This document shows positions 1-12,918 of a stretch of 64,000 nt of DNA, piece after piece. The translations under genes and the position numbers were made by a program. The stretch is from Moniliella sp. 'wahieum' (Eukaryota). Under the pieces are notes generated by a model, which was not told where the DNA came from, made no database searches, and saw only the letters and a list, made by a program, of their open reading frames with translations. Position 1 is the first letter of the stretch; every line of letters starts with the position of its first letter. The stretch lies in the NCBI GenBank assembly GCA_003971905.1, contig RSEE01000056.1, forward strand, positions 372,001 through 436,000, in the 5' to 3' direction.

Positions 1-52
1 TACAAGACGCAACGGCTCGTACTTCTTGAGTGTCCTGGAGAGACTTGTATCT

Positions 53-1002
53 TTAGGCGGTAGGTTCGGCAGGCTTCTCGGCAACGGGCTCAGCCGCCTT
101 CTCGGCAACGGGCTCGCAGCTTTCTCTATGGGCTCCGCCGCCTTCTCAGCCGGCGCAGGAGCTTCCGCCGCGGCGTCGGAGGCGGGAGCCGGCTGAAGAG
201 CCTTCTGCAAAGCGGGCAGGGCCTTCTCCTTGACGTACTGGAGAATGTTGTTGAACTTGGTCGAGGCCGGCACATTAGGCTCGGCCACCTCCTTGGACAG
301 AGCGGCAAAGGCATCGGTAAACGTCTCCTTGACCGGGTGGAAGCGTGCCGCCGTCTCGGAAGGCAGGCTGAGAACGTAGGTGCGCACGCCATCAAGCTCG
401 CGAGCAAGTTCTTGGACACCGCGTCGGCTTCGCGAGACGACTGACCCACAACCTCAGAGGGGGCATCCTTGGCCTTGGCCAGGGCGCGGCGAGGGTGCCC
501 TGGAGCGAGGTAAGCGTGGTAAGCGCTTTCTGGACATACTCATTGTGGCTCAGTTCATCGAGCTTGGCCGTGGTGGGGTTGAGGACGCGCGCAGCATAGG
601 CTTGGGCCAGTGCCTGCTGCGCCGTGGCCGGCGCACTGCGCACCCCATTCGCCACATCGGCCGGGGTGGCGGTAAAGGCTGCGGGGAAGGTCTGCTGGGC
701 ATAGTCCAGGCCCTTGACCGCCAGCCCATCCAACGACTTGAGGTGAGGCTCGAGCCGCGAAGTGTACGGCTCGGCCGCACGCAGCCCCGAGGCGGCGAGG
801 TTGCCGCCGGTAGCAACGGCGTTGGCCACCTGGGGGTAACCCGACAAGGCCTGCTGGGCGTATTTGAGCGAGTCGCTGACGAGGGGCACGTTGAGGATCT
901 TGTTCACCGCCTCGCTCGAGGGCAGGGCGGGCGCAGCGGCGGGCTCGGCAGCGGGGGCGGGGGCCGCGGGGTGGGGGTGGGGGCAGCGTCGGGCGCAGAC
1001 AT
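53..1002 (-). CDS. Perilipin/Cap20-like lipid-droplet protein (frameshifted in this sequence)
   Basis: ATG at 1002 (MSAPDAAP..). Core KILNVPLVSDSL...YTSRLEPHLKSLDGLAVKGLDYAQQTFPAAF resembles the fungal perilipin/Cap20 N-terminus. C-terminal EPVAEK repeats end at TAA ~53. TATA-like TATATTAG lies upstream (~1053-1060). Confidence 0.65.
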
Positions 1003-3450
1003 GATGGGAGAGGGGGGGGTGGAGGTGGGGAGGTTGAGAGGGCAGGGTGGGCCTAATATAGGGGTAGGCGAGCGGGTGGGTTGGTGCGGTGGGTGCTGCG
1101 AGCTGCGACGAGCGCGACACAGGCCCAGTGGCTGGGTGGCCTGTGGGCTTTCACACCCCCGTGCGCACCAGACTCACTGGCCCGTGGGGGGGGCATGTCG
1201 CCGCATGGAGCAGTGCAGCAGCCGCATGTTTGCGTTGCTACTGTGTACTTAGGACTGGCTCTGACGCAACCCAACGCAACGCCTTCCGTTTGCCACTCGT
1301 CCGCACTGTGCGCAGACATGATTCCGCCTTTCACTTTTTGCTGGCCAGCGCTCTTCCGTCGGCTAGCCGGCCACGGTGGGTCTGCCTTCATACCAGCACG
1401 TCCCTCCGCTTCTCCTCTGTGCCCCCCCTGCCTTCCACGCCGGCCGTCCCACGTGAACGTTGAACCTCCTCTCCGCCAGCAGCGAAAAGAGCAGCAGAGC
1501 AAGCTGAAAGGTACAGAGAGACCGGCTCCACACAAGGTATATGTATATCCCCCTCTTCTCTGACCACACCTGTGTTCAGTCTCAACGTGACTGTACTACA
1601 CTCTACTGAACGTTGACGCGTTGACGTTGATGGTGAAAGACTCGATTCAATCACAAAAATCCATAGGGTTACCTTGAGATGCCACAGGTCCTGCAGTCGC
1701 GTCCTATTGAAACGGTGGGTGAATGAGGCCAAGCATATCGCTATACCACATCCACCCTTCTCCCCGGCACAGACATGGCAAAATGAACCCCACGTTGCCG
1801 AACCAAACTTATGGCCTCTCCGGCCTCGGAATGGTGGGCTCTGAATTGCCGGCGGGAGCCGCGACCGCATGTGTTCGCTCTTGGTGGGACAGTGCTGACG
1901 GTTCAGAAGAATGAATACGGTGGAAGTGAAAGAATCGGTTAGGACAATGCACCTGCAGCACGTCCCGAGTACTAGTAGTCGATCACCAGGGAGACCTGGA
2001 CCGCAATGGCGCGTTAACTGAGAGGGCTACGGCGTTCCGAGTATAATATTCGCACTGTGCGGAGGAGGCAGTCAGAGATAGCTTCTTTGCTCCTGCGACG
2101 CTAATCCAGCCTTGAGGTGGCAACAGCGAGATGGAAAAGAAGGGGAACGAGGACGACGGTATCCAATCCGGAGTGAGTTTTGCGAGCATACAGAAGCCAG
2201 CTATATAGCAACCCTTCGCGTTTATAAACACTGTGCTGAAGGAAGAGGAGAATGGAGCAGTGATTCTGAGGAGAGGTGCAGGAGGCTATGAGAACGGTAG
2301 CTGGGTCGCAGGATGGCAAGGCGCTGCTGGCCGGCGGCGGCAAGCTCGAGGTGAGAAAGACGTTCGCCGTGTGGAAAAGGGCCTGTGCCTGGTGGAGGGC
2401 TTTGCGGTCTCCGCCGGACCGAACCGGTGTAACTGCGGCTTCCTCCATCCGTCTTTTAAAGCTTGAAAAACTTGCTCACCTTGGATCGATCCTCGACATC
2501 TGGCACGTTACAAGGCACCAGCAGGAGCAGTGGCTAGGGGTGCCGGCCTGAGGCCTGACGCGTGACGACAGGGCCTGGCAGGGGCCTGGCCCCAGTGGGC
2601 TGGGGTGGGCTGGTGAGTACGACGGTGAGTGGTGGCGGGGTGCCCCAGGTGCGCACAGGTTGTCTCAGGAGCTCAGCCGCGGCAGGGGCTGCCAAGTGTG
2701 GGTTACGAAGGAGAAGAGGCAGCCACCTGGCGCCTACCCAGGCAGCAGACCGAACACGCCACGCTGGAAAACCCACTGGCGGGAGCGAGGGTCTTGGGCT
2801 GAAAGCAAGCCAGTGGGCGACGCAGACAGCGCACACGTGCTGGCCTTGAGCATGCCGCATCACCCGCACAGCGCCGGTGTGTTGCTGGCCTGCGTGGCAG
2901 GGGGGCGGAGGCCGTCGAGCGGGGCGCATCCGGCCAGTGCGGGCCAACCCCCACGGCCAACTGCGCCCCCGTGCGTGTCTGGCCTCTGGCAGGTGCCTCA
3001 TCACAGTCAGGGATCACGATCCGTGACGTGTGTCAGAACGCTGCCGCTGCACACTGCTCCGATGCCTGTGTGTGTCGGAGCAACACACACCGCACAGGCA
3101 CACTACTGGCACGCACACTGCTCTTGCGCTCATGCCGGGCGCGTGGACCCCCAGCTGCTATTAAAATCGCTGCTGCACACACTCACACTGGCCTGCTCTG
3201 CCTTTGCTCTGCACCAACCACCCTCCCCCCCATTCACCGCCCCCCCCCCTTCTCCGCTTGATCGCTTGTGCTGGCCACGAGCGTCCTTGCTGTCGCCACC
3301 ACCCCGCCGCCACCACCACCACCCCTCCCCAGACGCTCCCTTCTCTCGCCTCTGCTCGCTGCGCGACTCGTCGGCCTGTCCCCTTCTCATCGCTGGTCGA
3401 TCTCACTCTCTGCCCCCCTCTCTCCCTTAACCACTACGCACCACTACGCC

Positions 3451-4550
3451 ATGTCCGCTGCCACGATGGGATTCACTTCCTCCCAACTCCGCCGTCATCA
3501 TGCGAGTCTCCTCCCGAAAGTTGTCCACAACGTCTCTCTGCTGGACCTGATCAAGTGCTCTGTGTCTCGCGACATGATCGTCTACCTGGCTCACCAGGTC
3601 GCTCATGTCATTCAGTGCGACGACGACGAAGAGGAAGAGCAGCCCCCCACGCCTCTGCCGGGCGCCAGCCCGATCGACGTGGCGTACGCGACCCTGCAGT
3701 GCACGCCCAGGTCGGAGGCCTGCCCAGCCTCAAGTCGTTCATTACCCAGTTGGTGGAGCACTCCAATGTCCAAGTCTCGACTCTGGTCTGCACCCTGGTC
3801 TACCTCGCCCGCCTCAAAACGCGCCTTCCCGGCGTAGCCAAGGGCATGTCTTGCACCCGGCACCGTGTTTTCTTGGCCGCCCTCATCCTGGCTGCCAAGT
3901 ATGTCAACGACTCGTCACCCAAAAACAAGCATTGGTGTCGCTATGCTCAACTCTTCTCCCTGGCAGAAGTGAACCTAATGGAGAAGCAGTTGCTCTTCCT
4001 GCTGGACTACGATCTGCGTATCGAGGAGCCGGAGCTGATCTCGTTTGTGGCTCCTTTCTTCCGTCACTTTGAACTGCCTGTTGACAAGGGTCGTCGGGAG
4101 ATGTACCTCCGCGCAGTCGAGGCTGGGCGTGAGATGCAGCGCTACTCGTGCCTCTGAACGTCGCGTCTACCTTCGCTCTCTCCCCCAGGACGAAGTACCT
4201 TCTGGAAGGAAGCTGTTGCCCCTGCTCTGCCTACGGTTGCTGAGCCCGCGACGGTGCCTTCGGCCCCGCATGCCTGTCACATGACAAGTGATGGGTCGTT
4301 GGGCAGCATCGTGACCGCTGTCTCCTCCCCCGACTTGGTGGACGACTCGGGGGCGTCATCAACGTCCACGTCTCCTTCGGACGATGCACACTCTCCCCCA
4401 CCCGAATGGACATTGCTAAAATCTTGTACCCCTACCGCGCCGACCTGGGCAAGGTCTCCTCCCGCTCCGCCGTGTACTGTCCCCGCATCCCTGCCCCAGC
4501 CGCAGCAGTGACCAAGTCCACGTCGTACCGCGCGTACCGCCGCTGAAGTA
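3451..4550 (+). CDS. PCL1: Pho85 cyclin (PCL1/PCL2 family, cyclin N-terminal domain)
   Basis: MSAATMG.. joins through a frameshift (~3710) to [91 protein letters not shown], a classic Pcl1/2 cyclin box. The 3' end is approximate. Confidence 0.85.
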
Positions 4551-5996
4551 TGCTGCGCGCCTACCCGGACTTCCCTGTCGCGGCCTTTCTTCTGGCCGAG
4601 GTCGCATACGCACACTTCCAACGCTTGATTGCGACCTACTTTACTTCTGCCACCCCGGCCCATGGTCTTTTACCTTTCCAGGAATCTTTGGACCGATCTC
4701 GCCTTTCCTTCTTGACACTGGATCTTGTTTCGTCTCGTATCCCTGTGCCGTCTCCCGCGATGCCCCCCCCTGCTCCCTCCCTCCTTGAGGGTGGGTCGTT
4801 TTGGACGTATGGAACATGGTACGACGGGAAGCCTTGGCGCACACCCCCCTCTCTCTACTGGTTGGCCTGAGGTGGGTGTGCTGTGTTACCCTCTCTATTC
4901 CGCTTGGATGCATCCCTCTTTCGGGATGCACCCTGCTCCCCTCTTTACGCGCTGCATGGCTCCCTGTCCACTTTCGTTCCCAGTTCCTCCTCATACCTTG
5001 ATCTCGCTCTCCCCTCTTTGGCCAGATCTCTCCCCGGACTTTTTCCTCTGATCGTTCTTGCATCCTGCTTGTGCCTCGGTCGGAGGTGGCGTTGACCGCT
5101 GCGCTACCGACGGGGCCCACCTCATCGAGTCATCTCTCACCTGTTCTTTCTGTGTCATTTATCTCTTCGCCCCATCCAGGAGATGGGGGCTGACGTGATG
5201 GAATTGGGCGTGCTTGTGTCGCAGCCCGATCTGTAGGAGGCCATACTTAGCAGAGGAGCGGCGGGGCGGGCAGCGAGAAGCGCACGTGCGTAGCAAGCGT
5301 AGGCAAGGGAAACAGGAGGCCGTGTCTGGCCTACCAACATGGACAGCTCCCAAGCGGGCGAGCCGAAGAGGAGAGCAGGATGTGCCATCCCTCATGGGTT
5401 GTTTCGGATCGGCCGGGGGCAGTGGGGGCAGCAGGAGGAAGGGGACGCCGGCGGACGAGTGCGTGCCGATGTAGGCTGCGGATCGCAGACGCCAAGCGTG
5501 CGCTGCGTACGTCTGTGCACAATCGAGAGACTTGGCGGCGCACAGCCGCACAGCAGCCAGCGGCCCCGCGACGCCGGAGCCCCGCTGACAGCCAATCCCG
5601 ACCACCGCCCCCCCTCTGCGCAGCGGGGCAGGCACGGCGGCAGTGTCCCCGCACCTACCTGGCCACAGTCCATATTAAAGGGTGTGGCGCCCCTCCCATT
5701 CTTTCCCTCCCCCATCCACCACCACCACCACCACCACCCCGCGTCTCTCCTATGGACACGCGCGCCCACCCGTACCTTAGCCTCGGCGGACACACCCGCA
5801 ACTCCTCCTCCCTCGACCAGCTCCACCAGCTCGGCCGCACCCTCGACCGCCAGCTCGCACGCCCCTCCTCCTCCCACCGCCGCGAGCCAAGCTAGCGAGC
5901 TCCGACTCGCTCCCTTTCCCCCCACCCGCTTCCGCCACTGCGCCTCGCCCCGTCCCCCCTTCCTAGCCTGCCCTTCTTGCCGCCGCCCTCCTCAGC

Positions 5997-7623
5997 ATGC
6001 CCGCACCACTGTGCCTCGCTCCCTCCGGCTTGCTCAACTGCCACAATGGCCTTTGGAGTCGTCGCGGCCGGCTTGGCATCGCTTTAGGCGCAGGCATCGT
6101 CGCCATCACCCGTACTATCCTAGTATACCTTGCCAACCCCATTCCTCCTTCCCCTTTCTGCTTGCTCACCACTCACTCATTTTCCCCTTCCCCCCCTCCA
6201 CCACAGTCAACAGCCATACCTCCTGGGCCGGCACAGACCGCGAAAAGAAGTATGTGGTGCTTTGCTGGCTTTAGCGCGTTGGTATCGGGGTTCCTGCTAG
6301 GGTCGCTTGACCTGGCTGGTTGGCTTGGTGCGACGTACCTTCACGTGGGGACCGACCCGGGCCCTTGGGTCTTGGCCAGCAGCGTGGGATACATTGCCTT
6401 GGCCCCCATTGCCATGTCTGGCCCGATCCCCTTGTCCCAGCACCAATGGCTCAGCGGTGTCGGCATCTCTCTCGCTGCAGCGGGAGTGCTGCGGCTGGTG
6501 GCGGCTAGTGCCCAAGTTGTTTTTCCTTCCGCCATCCTGCCCGTTCCTCCATTCCCTACCCTGCCCAGACGAAGAGGGAGCGTGGACGGACAAGGATCCC
6601 GAGGTGGATCTGTACAACACCGACCGTCTCGTGCCCCACGCTGGCAGTGACCTGGACTCGACCGCGCCGTACTCACCTCCTATGTCGCCCCCCGCGTTGC
6701 ACTTTCCGCGTTCTGATGACCATCCGGGGGTGGCCGGAATCGGTGCGCACGCAGCCCAAGCGAGCACCGAGGAAGCAGAAGGCATGCCTACACTTGCCAC
6801 CGCTAACCAGCCGACGGCACAAGAAGGCGAGGCACGCAAGCACCGCTCTACCCAGTCTTCTTCAGTCCAAGGATGAAGTCTGGGCCGCCCATCCGTTCCT
6901 CAACCAAGACCCCTATACCAGCGCCATCCCCGAGCGCCAGTCGCTTTTACCCGTCGCGGTCGCGCCAGTTGCATGTGTCCCCCCCGTAATGACCACCTCC
7001 CCGCCTTCGCCATCCCCATCCTCCATCCTCCCATCCTCGCCATCCCAGCCCTCGCTGTTCCACAGTACCACCACAGCCGCCGGGGCGACGAGCGTAGCGA
7101 CGACCTCCCAGCCTTCTTCCTCGGGTGAGGCACGGTGGGCCGCCGCCCGTGACACAAGGACGTGCCCACCTCGTCCACCCTTCTGCTCCCGGGACGACGC
7201 GCGCCCCCGTCCGACGTGGCCTCGGTCCATCGGTACATTTTTGTCGAGGGCTTGGGCGAGTTGGCACTGAGCTCGGACAGCGACAGTGAGACTTGGTCCG
7301 AGGAGCGGGACCAAGTGTGGCTCCCTGGTGCGCGGCCGGGCACCGGCGTGCCCGCGCCCACGCCCACGCGACGTGCTTCCTCCTTGCTCTCCCCCCTGAA
7401 CGATGGCAGCTCAAGGAGGCAGAGCGATCAAACGCGTTCTGTCTTCCCGTGGACGCTCCCCCGCCGCCTCGCACCCGCCCCAACTCACCCCCTCCGCACC
7501 ACTTTCGTCCCGCGACCGACTGCATGCGGCGGCGGCGCGGCTCAGTGCCGAGCAGCGCGCGGAGGCGCCTCCGTCCTAAGAGGCCATATATATATCGAGA
7601 GGAGGAGAGGGGGAGGTACGTGA
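5997..7623 (+). CDS. Hypothetical membrane protein: ~4 hydrophobic segments then a long Ser/Pro-rich tail
   Basis: Hydrophobic stretches (GIALGAGIVAIT; FAGFSALVSGFLLGSLDL; WVLASSVGYIALAPI; WLSGVGISLAAAGVL) spread over frameshifted ORFs. Probable intron ~6111-6206 (gtact..ccacag). Family not recognised. Confidence 0.4.
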
Positions 7624-10202
7624 GTTTTGAGCGCTTGACCTGCCTCCTCTCCAACCGTTTGCCCCTCTCCTCCTCTCAAGGACACTTGCCCCCCCCCGCT
7701 TTTCAAGTGTTTCGGTCACTTTGATTCCCCCCTACGCCCATTCGTTTTTGGACACTCAAGTAGTCTTCTCATGCATGCCTGTGTTATGTCTGTTGGTGGA
7801 CTGGGACGGGCCCGGTAGATAAGGGAGGCAGGCGCAGATGGAATTGGTTCGAGGAAGCGGTCAGGATGGGGGTGCGAACGATGACAAGAAAAAGGCTGGA
7901 TGTGAGCTGTGGCTACTTAACATGAGATCGCGGGGAAAATCGGGTGTATGGATGTCCTCCCCCGACCACCCGCCACCATGTGTCCACGCATCCTCCGCCC
8001 CAGCTGGGCGCCTCCACGCGCACCATGGCCGTCGGATGCCCCCCGCTGGCACATTTCAATCGGAGATACAAAGTGCATACCAGATGAATGTCTTCTTCGC
8101 GTCCCCGACAGCCTTCTCGTCAATGTCAAGTGACAGAGCGGTAGAGTTGTAAACAATAACTTAGCTTAAAGTGTGGGTCAAAACTTCACTTGTGTGGTGC
8201 TGCATCGCTTCTCCCACTTCTCATCAAGTTAACCTCTGAGTCATGGGAGCTCACGTCTCGCCCCCCCCTCCTTTATAGCAGCCAGCCCAGTTCTGATTCT
8301 TAGCACCGACGCTCACACAAACGACCTCAAAAAAGGGAACCACACAGCTCATTAATTGGGATCAGCGCCACGCCTTGATTTGCGTCAAAGAAAGGATAGC
8401 AGGTAACTCTTCCATCTCCTCCCAGTTGGCCGGGAGACCAAGGAATTGACACTGCCAGCACTCTGGGTTAGCAAGGCCTGCGCTCCAAACATTACGCAGG
8501 GCAGGTCACCAACGGACGACGCACAGCACGAGCTGGTTCCACTTGAACCAAGTATGGGCAAACTTGATGAGAATCGCCAGGTTCTCCATATGCGCCAGCG
8601 TGGAAGCGCGGAGCTAGCTCGAGCAAACGGAGTTTGCTCTGGATGGTAGCAGAGCAGGGTCCAGGGCAGCAATCCGCTGCAGCTCCCTTGTCAACTTTTC
8701 TTCCTCCCTTAGCTCAGCGAGCGTGGCAAGTTGCTGGGACCGGTGATGCGACGCAGTCCTCCGATCCCGCTCGGCTGCTGAAGTGCGGCATGCGCAAGGT
8801 GCAGCTTGGCTGGGCCTCGGCTAGCGCGGGTGGCAACTCTGGTCGTGCGCAGTTTGAAACCTGTGGGCACGGGCATCAGAAACCCAATCCTGCAGTGGGT
8901 TAGAATAGGCGGATGCTGGTTACTGGCGTCAGAGGGAGAGTACGTACCACATGGGATGCGTGAGATGCAAAAGCAGTAATCTGTAGCGAGCGCCAGGTCA
9001 GCAACATACCAACAGCACGCGCCGGGGATTGGGAGCAACATACAGTGGCACTTCCGATCTGGTGGTTGGGCGGTGGGCAGGGGTGCGCAGTTGGGTACAT
9101 GTATGCATGGGCGTGCGTGGGAAGGCGTTAGTAGTCTAGACCGGATAAACATGGAGCGATGGGGAAAGACACCTTCTCGCGCTCCACGCGGCATCATCGA
9201 CGAGCGAGTCGACGATCTCCTTCACTGCGAAAAAAAGGAAAAGGAAATGCATCAATGATGTGGCACGCAGCGGTGGAAGAAGAAGCGAGGCAAGTGTACC
9301 ATCTGTTGCTCTGATCCAATTGTCAGCCTAGTGCAAGCCAAAATGGCAGGTGTTTGACGAGCAGACAACGCCTATATACATGTGAATGGCCGGGAGGAAA
9401 AAGAGAAACAGACGTCGGATGCGCGTTTGGGTCCAAGTTTATCTAGTTCCTACAGCACGTCAAGCATCAGCTCTCAACCCGATGCATCCATACCAGCTTT
9501 ACACACCTTGATATTGAAGAAATCGTGCTTGAATGCGGGTTGTCAGTCTCCGTCGTATGATTCTGGGGTGTGACGCGGGGGGAGGGGGGAGAGGCGTACC
9601 GAGTCGTGGATGAGCTGAAACTGTGGGAACACCGTAACTGATCAGCCTCAACCACCGGCCATCAGAGGCCACGTACCATGATCTCCTCCTTCTCCTCTGT
9701 GCTGAAGCGTTTGGGCGGCATGAAGCAAAAGGGGGCGGAGAGAGGGTGATGGCAAGGGCGAAGGAGAAACAGACTGTCGTCCAGGCCACACCTGGGCGCC
9801 CATTAAAGTACCTGCGGAATCCAGCCCTGCCGCGTCGCCCATTCCGCCGGGTGGGATGTGCCGAGAGACGCAGCGTCCGTTGGTTGCCAATCGGCCATCG
9901 AGGGAGCGCGGCACAGAAGAACGCTTATGTCAGCCTTATCGATTATCCAAGGCCAGGTGGCGGTGGCTCGGCATGTGCAGGCAACGCCCTTTGCAGAGTG
10001 GGTCCTATGCTGGCTACTGCCGGCTACTGCCAATGCGGGGACACGCAAGATAAGTGGTGTGTGCTACAACGGAACGGCTGCCTATCTCTAAACCCACTCC
10101 CGACTTCAAATCTCCGGCTGCCAGCTGGCTTCAGAGCTTCACGCTCAAGCTCCCGCACGCCCCCCGCAGCCGCGTTGCCTTGCCTTCCACCACCTTTGGG
10201 CC

Positions 10203-11403
10203 ATGACCGGGACCATCGAATTGCCTGTCGTCTCGCTTGCTGCTCCCCCGCCCGAGCTGGCCGCACAGGTACGCGCGGCCTGCGAAGGGGTGGGCTTTTT
10301 CTACCTCGCCGATCATGGCATCTCCTTGGACCAGATGGAGGTGCGTTTGCCCGCAGCGAAGCACTTTTCAGCGACCGCTCGGATGCGGCCCAGGAAGACC
10401 GGCTCAAGTCTGCGGACCCTGGGGGCAACACGGGCTTCATCCGCTTCGCTTCTGAGAGGCTCGACCCAGCCAAACAAAGTGCCGGCGACCTCAAGGAGTC
10501 CTTCCATCTGCGTCGTTTCAAGCACGCTGGAAGCACGACGGACCATGAACCCAACCAACGCCTGCCAGCCGTGTGGAGCACCCTCAAGCCCGCGCCGAGC
10601 TGGATCAATTCTTCGAGGCGTGCAAGGCTGTCTCGCTCCGAATCCTGCAAGGCTTTGCGGAGGCTTTGGACGTACGCACCCACCCGTGATGCATCTTGCT
10701 CGTCAGTGACTAGTGACCTATGGACTTACTAGCCCTGATTATGATTCTTGCAGCTTCCGTCCGACTACTTTTCCAAGTGCCATCATGCCGAGCTGGACCG
10801 CCTGCGCTTCTTGCACTACCCTCCCGCGCCTATCTCCTCCTCGGCCGAGACGTCAGAGGTGATCCGAGCGGGAGCGCATACCGATTATGGATCGGTGACA
10901 CTGCTGTTTGTCCAAAAGGACGGAGTGGGCGGTCTGCAGGTAGACCTGGGGCATGAGAGCGAGACATCCACCGAGCCGGTATGGACCGATGTGCCGCCCA
11001 AGGAGGGCATGATCATCTGCAACGTGGCGGACGCCATTGAGTTTTGGACTGGGGGGCGGTACCGTTCGACTGTGCATCGTGTCGCACTCCCGCTGACGGA
11101 GGCGCAAGCCAAAACTCGCTATTCTATGTGCGTAGCGTCTCGTGTCACATGCCATCGATCATCGGCGGCTGGTCCTTCCTGTGCCTGCTTTGCTAACGTG
11201 GGAGAGACAGTGCCTACTTTTGCCAGCCAGACGACGAGGCCGAATTCCGTCCGTTGGGAAAGGGGGGCGTTGCGCTGCCGATGGACGGACAGCAATGGCA
11301 GAGCACGTCCCCGGCGTTCAATAGTAAGTTTGCTGCCATCCCTAAAGACCGCCTCGACGCTACCTACGACCACCGCCGCGAAGCCAAGGCCAAGGCAGGT
11401 TGA
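10203..11403 (+). CDS. 2-oxoglutarate/Fe(II)-dependent dioxygenase (IPNS-like, DIOX_N + 2OG-FeII_Oxy)
   Basis: MTGTIELPVVSL..ACEGVGFFYLADHGI; GDLKESF; LRFLHYPP..IRAGAHTDYGSVTLLF (HxD); CNVADAIEFWTGGRYRSTVHRV..RYS. Introns ~10672-10753 and ~11128-11210. Confidence 0.9.
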
Positions 11404-11790
11404 TTGGCAATGCATTCTCTTGCCCTTGGAGCCAAAAAGGTGTGGGGGAGAAAGATATAGATAGGGTCCCCCCCCCAGGAGATCGATTCAAAGGCCCATC
11501 TCGTCCAGAAGAGGGTTAGGATGGCCTGTTGGCCACTCCGGCTTGTGGGCAGCTCCCACGAGGCTCTCTATTCAGGAGATCCTTGCAACGTCCTACGCGT
11601 GAGAAGAGAGGAGACGATGTCGATGATGGCTGTGTTCTGAGTGAGCTAGTGAGGCCGGAGGCTCCGGAGCCCGTAAGAGGCAGAACATAGGGTTGCTGAG
11701 CCTCAGCAGACTGAGCAGGCACATGCGTCATGGATGATGAGATCGGTGATGGTGCTGACAACATAGGCGTAGCATCGGCGCGTTGGGAAT

Positions 11791-11826
11791 CAAGCTTCAA
11801 GCTTCAAGCTTCAAGCTTCAAGCTCC
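11791..11826. repeat. (CAAGCTT)n heptamer tandem array
   Basis: Four perfect AAGCTT units separated by C, plus one degenerate unit. Confidence 0.9.
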
Positions 11827-12740
11827 AAGGGTGTCCCGCCAGTGTGCTGTACCTGCTGAGGATGGACATGGAATCCGATGCCGTCATCGACGAGGGCCAG
11901 GGCCAGGGCGCTGCTGAGCTGCTCAGGCTGAGCGCTGACGCGCTGACGGCGCTGAGGCTGGGAGGCGAGTGTGGAGAGATGAGGCGTGTGGCTTGTTTGA
12001 TTGTGTTGTTGGCGTGTCACGCCTCACGTGATGGGTGGTGCGCGAGTAACTGAGTAAGAAGCCTAAGGCTTAGGCCTAAGGCCCAAAGCTCAAGCTAGCA
12101 CGAGGACCAATGTGGAGTCGGCAGTGGCGCCGAGCCGGGGCCTTAGGCTTGCTCTGGGAAGGGTGCGCCCACCTTGGCATGCCACTGGACCACCCTCGCA
12201 CGCCTGGGAATCGGTCTCCTATTCTCTGTTTCTGGCATGCCGTCCGAATCACAGGAGCTGCGGACAACGTGGTGGCCGTGGCCAACGTGGTCAGCGTGGC
12301 AGTGTCGACGGGGCGCTTTGCGTTGTGGTGGCTAGTTACTCGGCGGGTGCTGCTGTGCTGTGTTTGGGGCGACGGAGCAGCCCAAGCGAAGGCGCCAAGT
12401 GCATAAGCGCAGAAGCGAGCGAGGGGGCTGGGAGCAGACCGCAGTGCCTGGGCGGCTGTGCACTAGGGTTGCGTGCTGCCCCAGGGCCGCAGAGCGGCGC
12501 CGTGCTGGGCTGGTCGCGCTGGGCCAGGTGGGCAAATGGAGCGGCTGGGGCAGCCACAGCAGAGAGCCCGCCAGGCACTGCACCGCGCACCCACACCCTG
12601 ACGTCACACGCCTCGGAGTCTCCGCACTCGAGCCAGAACAAACACACATCACCTCCCTCGCCCTCCCCCGCATTCCACCGCCACCACCACCAGCGCACTT
12701 CACCCGCATCCTCACCAGCATCCGCGTCCGCATCCTCATA

Positions 12741-12880
12741 CACTCATCCTCATCCTCATCCTCATCCTCATCCTCATCCTCATCCTCACCTCATCCTCAT
12801 CCTCATCATCCTCATCCTCATCCTCATCGTCATCCTCAGCCTCAGCCTCATCGTCATCCTCATCCTCAGCCTCAGCCTCA
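12741..12880 (+). repeat. (CATCCT)n/(CAGCCT)n hexanucleotide microsatellite just upstream of RAM2
   Basis: Directly visible, ~140 bp, ending ~40 bp before the RAM2 ATG. Confidence 0.9.
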
Positions 12881-12918
12881 CCCCCCCCCCCCCCCTTTCA
12901 TCCCCACCCTCCTCGGCC

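Noticed and set aside
7700..10200. Short ORFs in the 2.5-kb gap
   Set aside because: No recognisable domain, consistent splice pattern or repeat boundaries.
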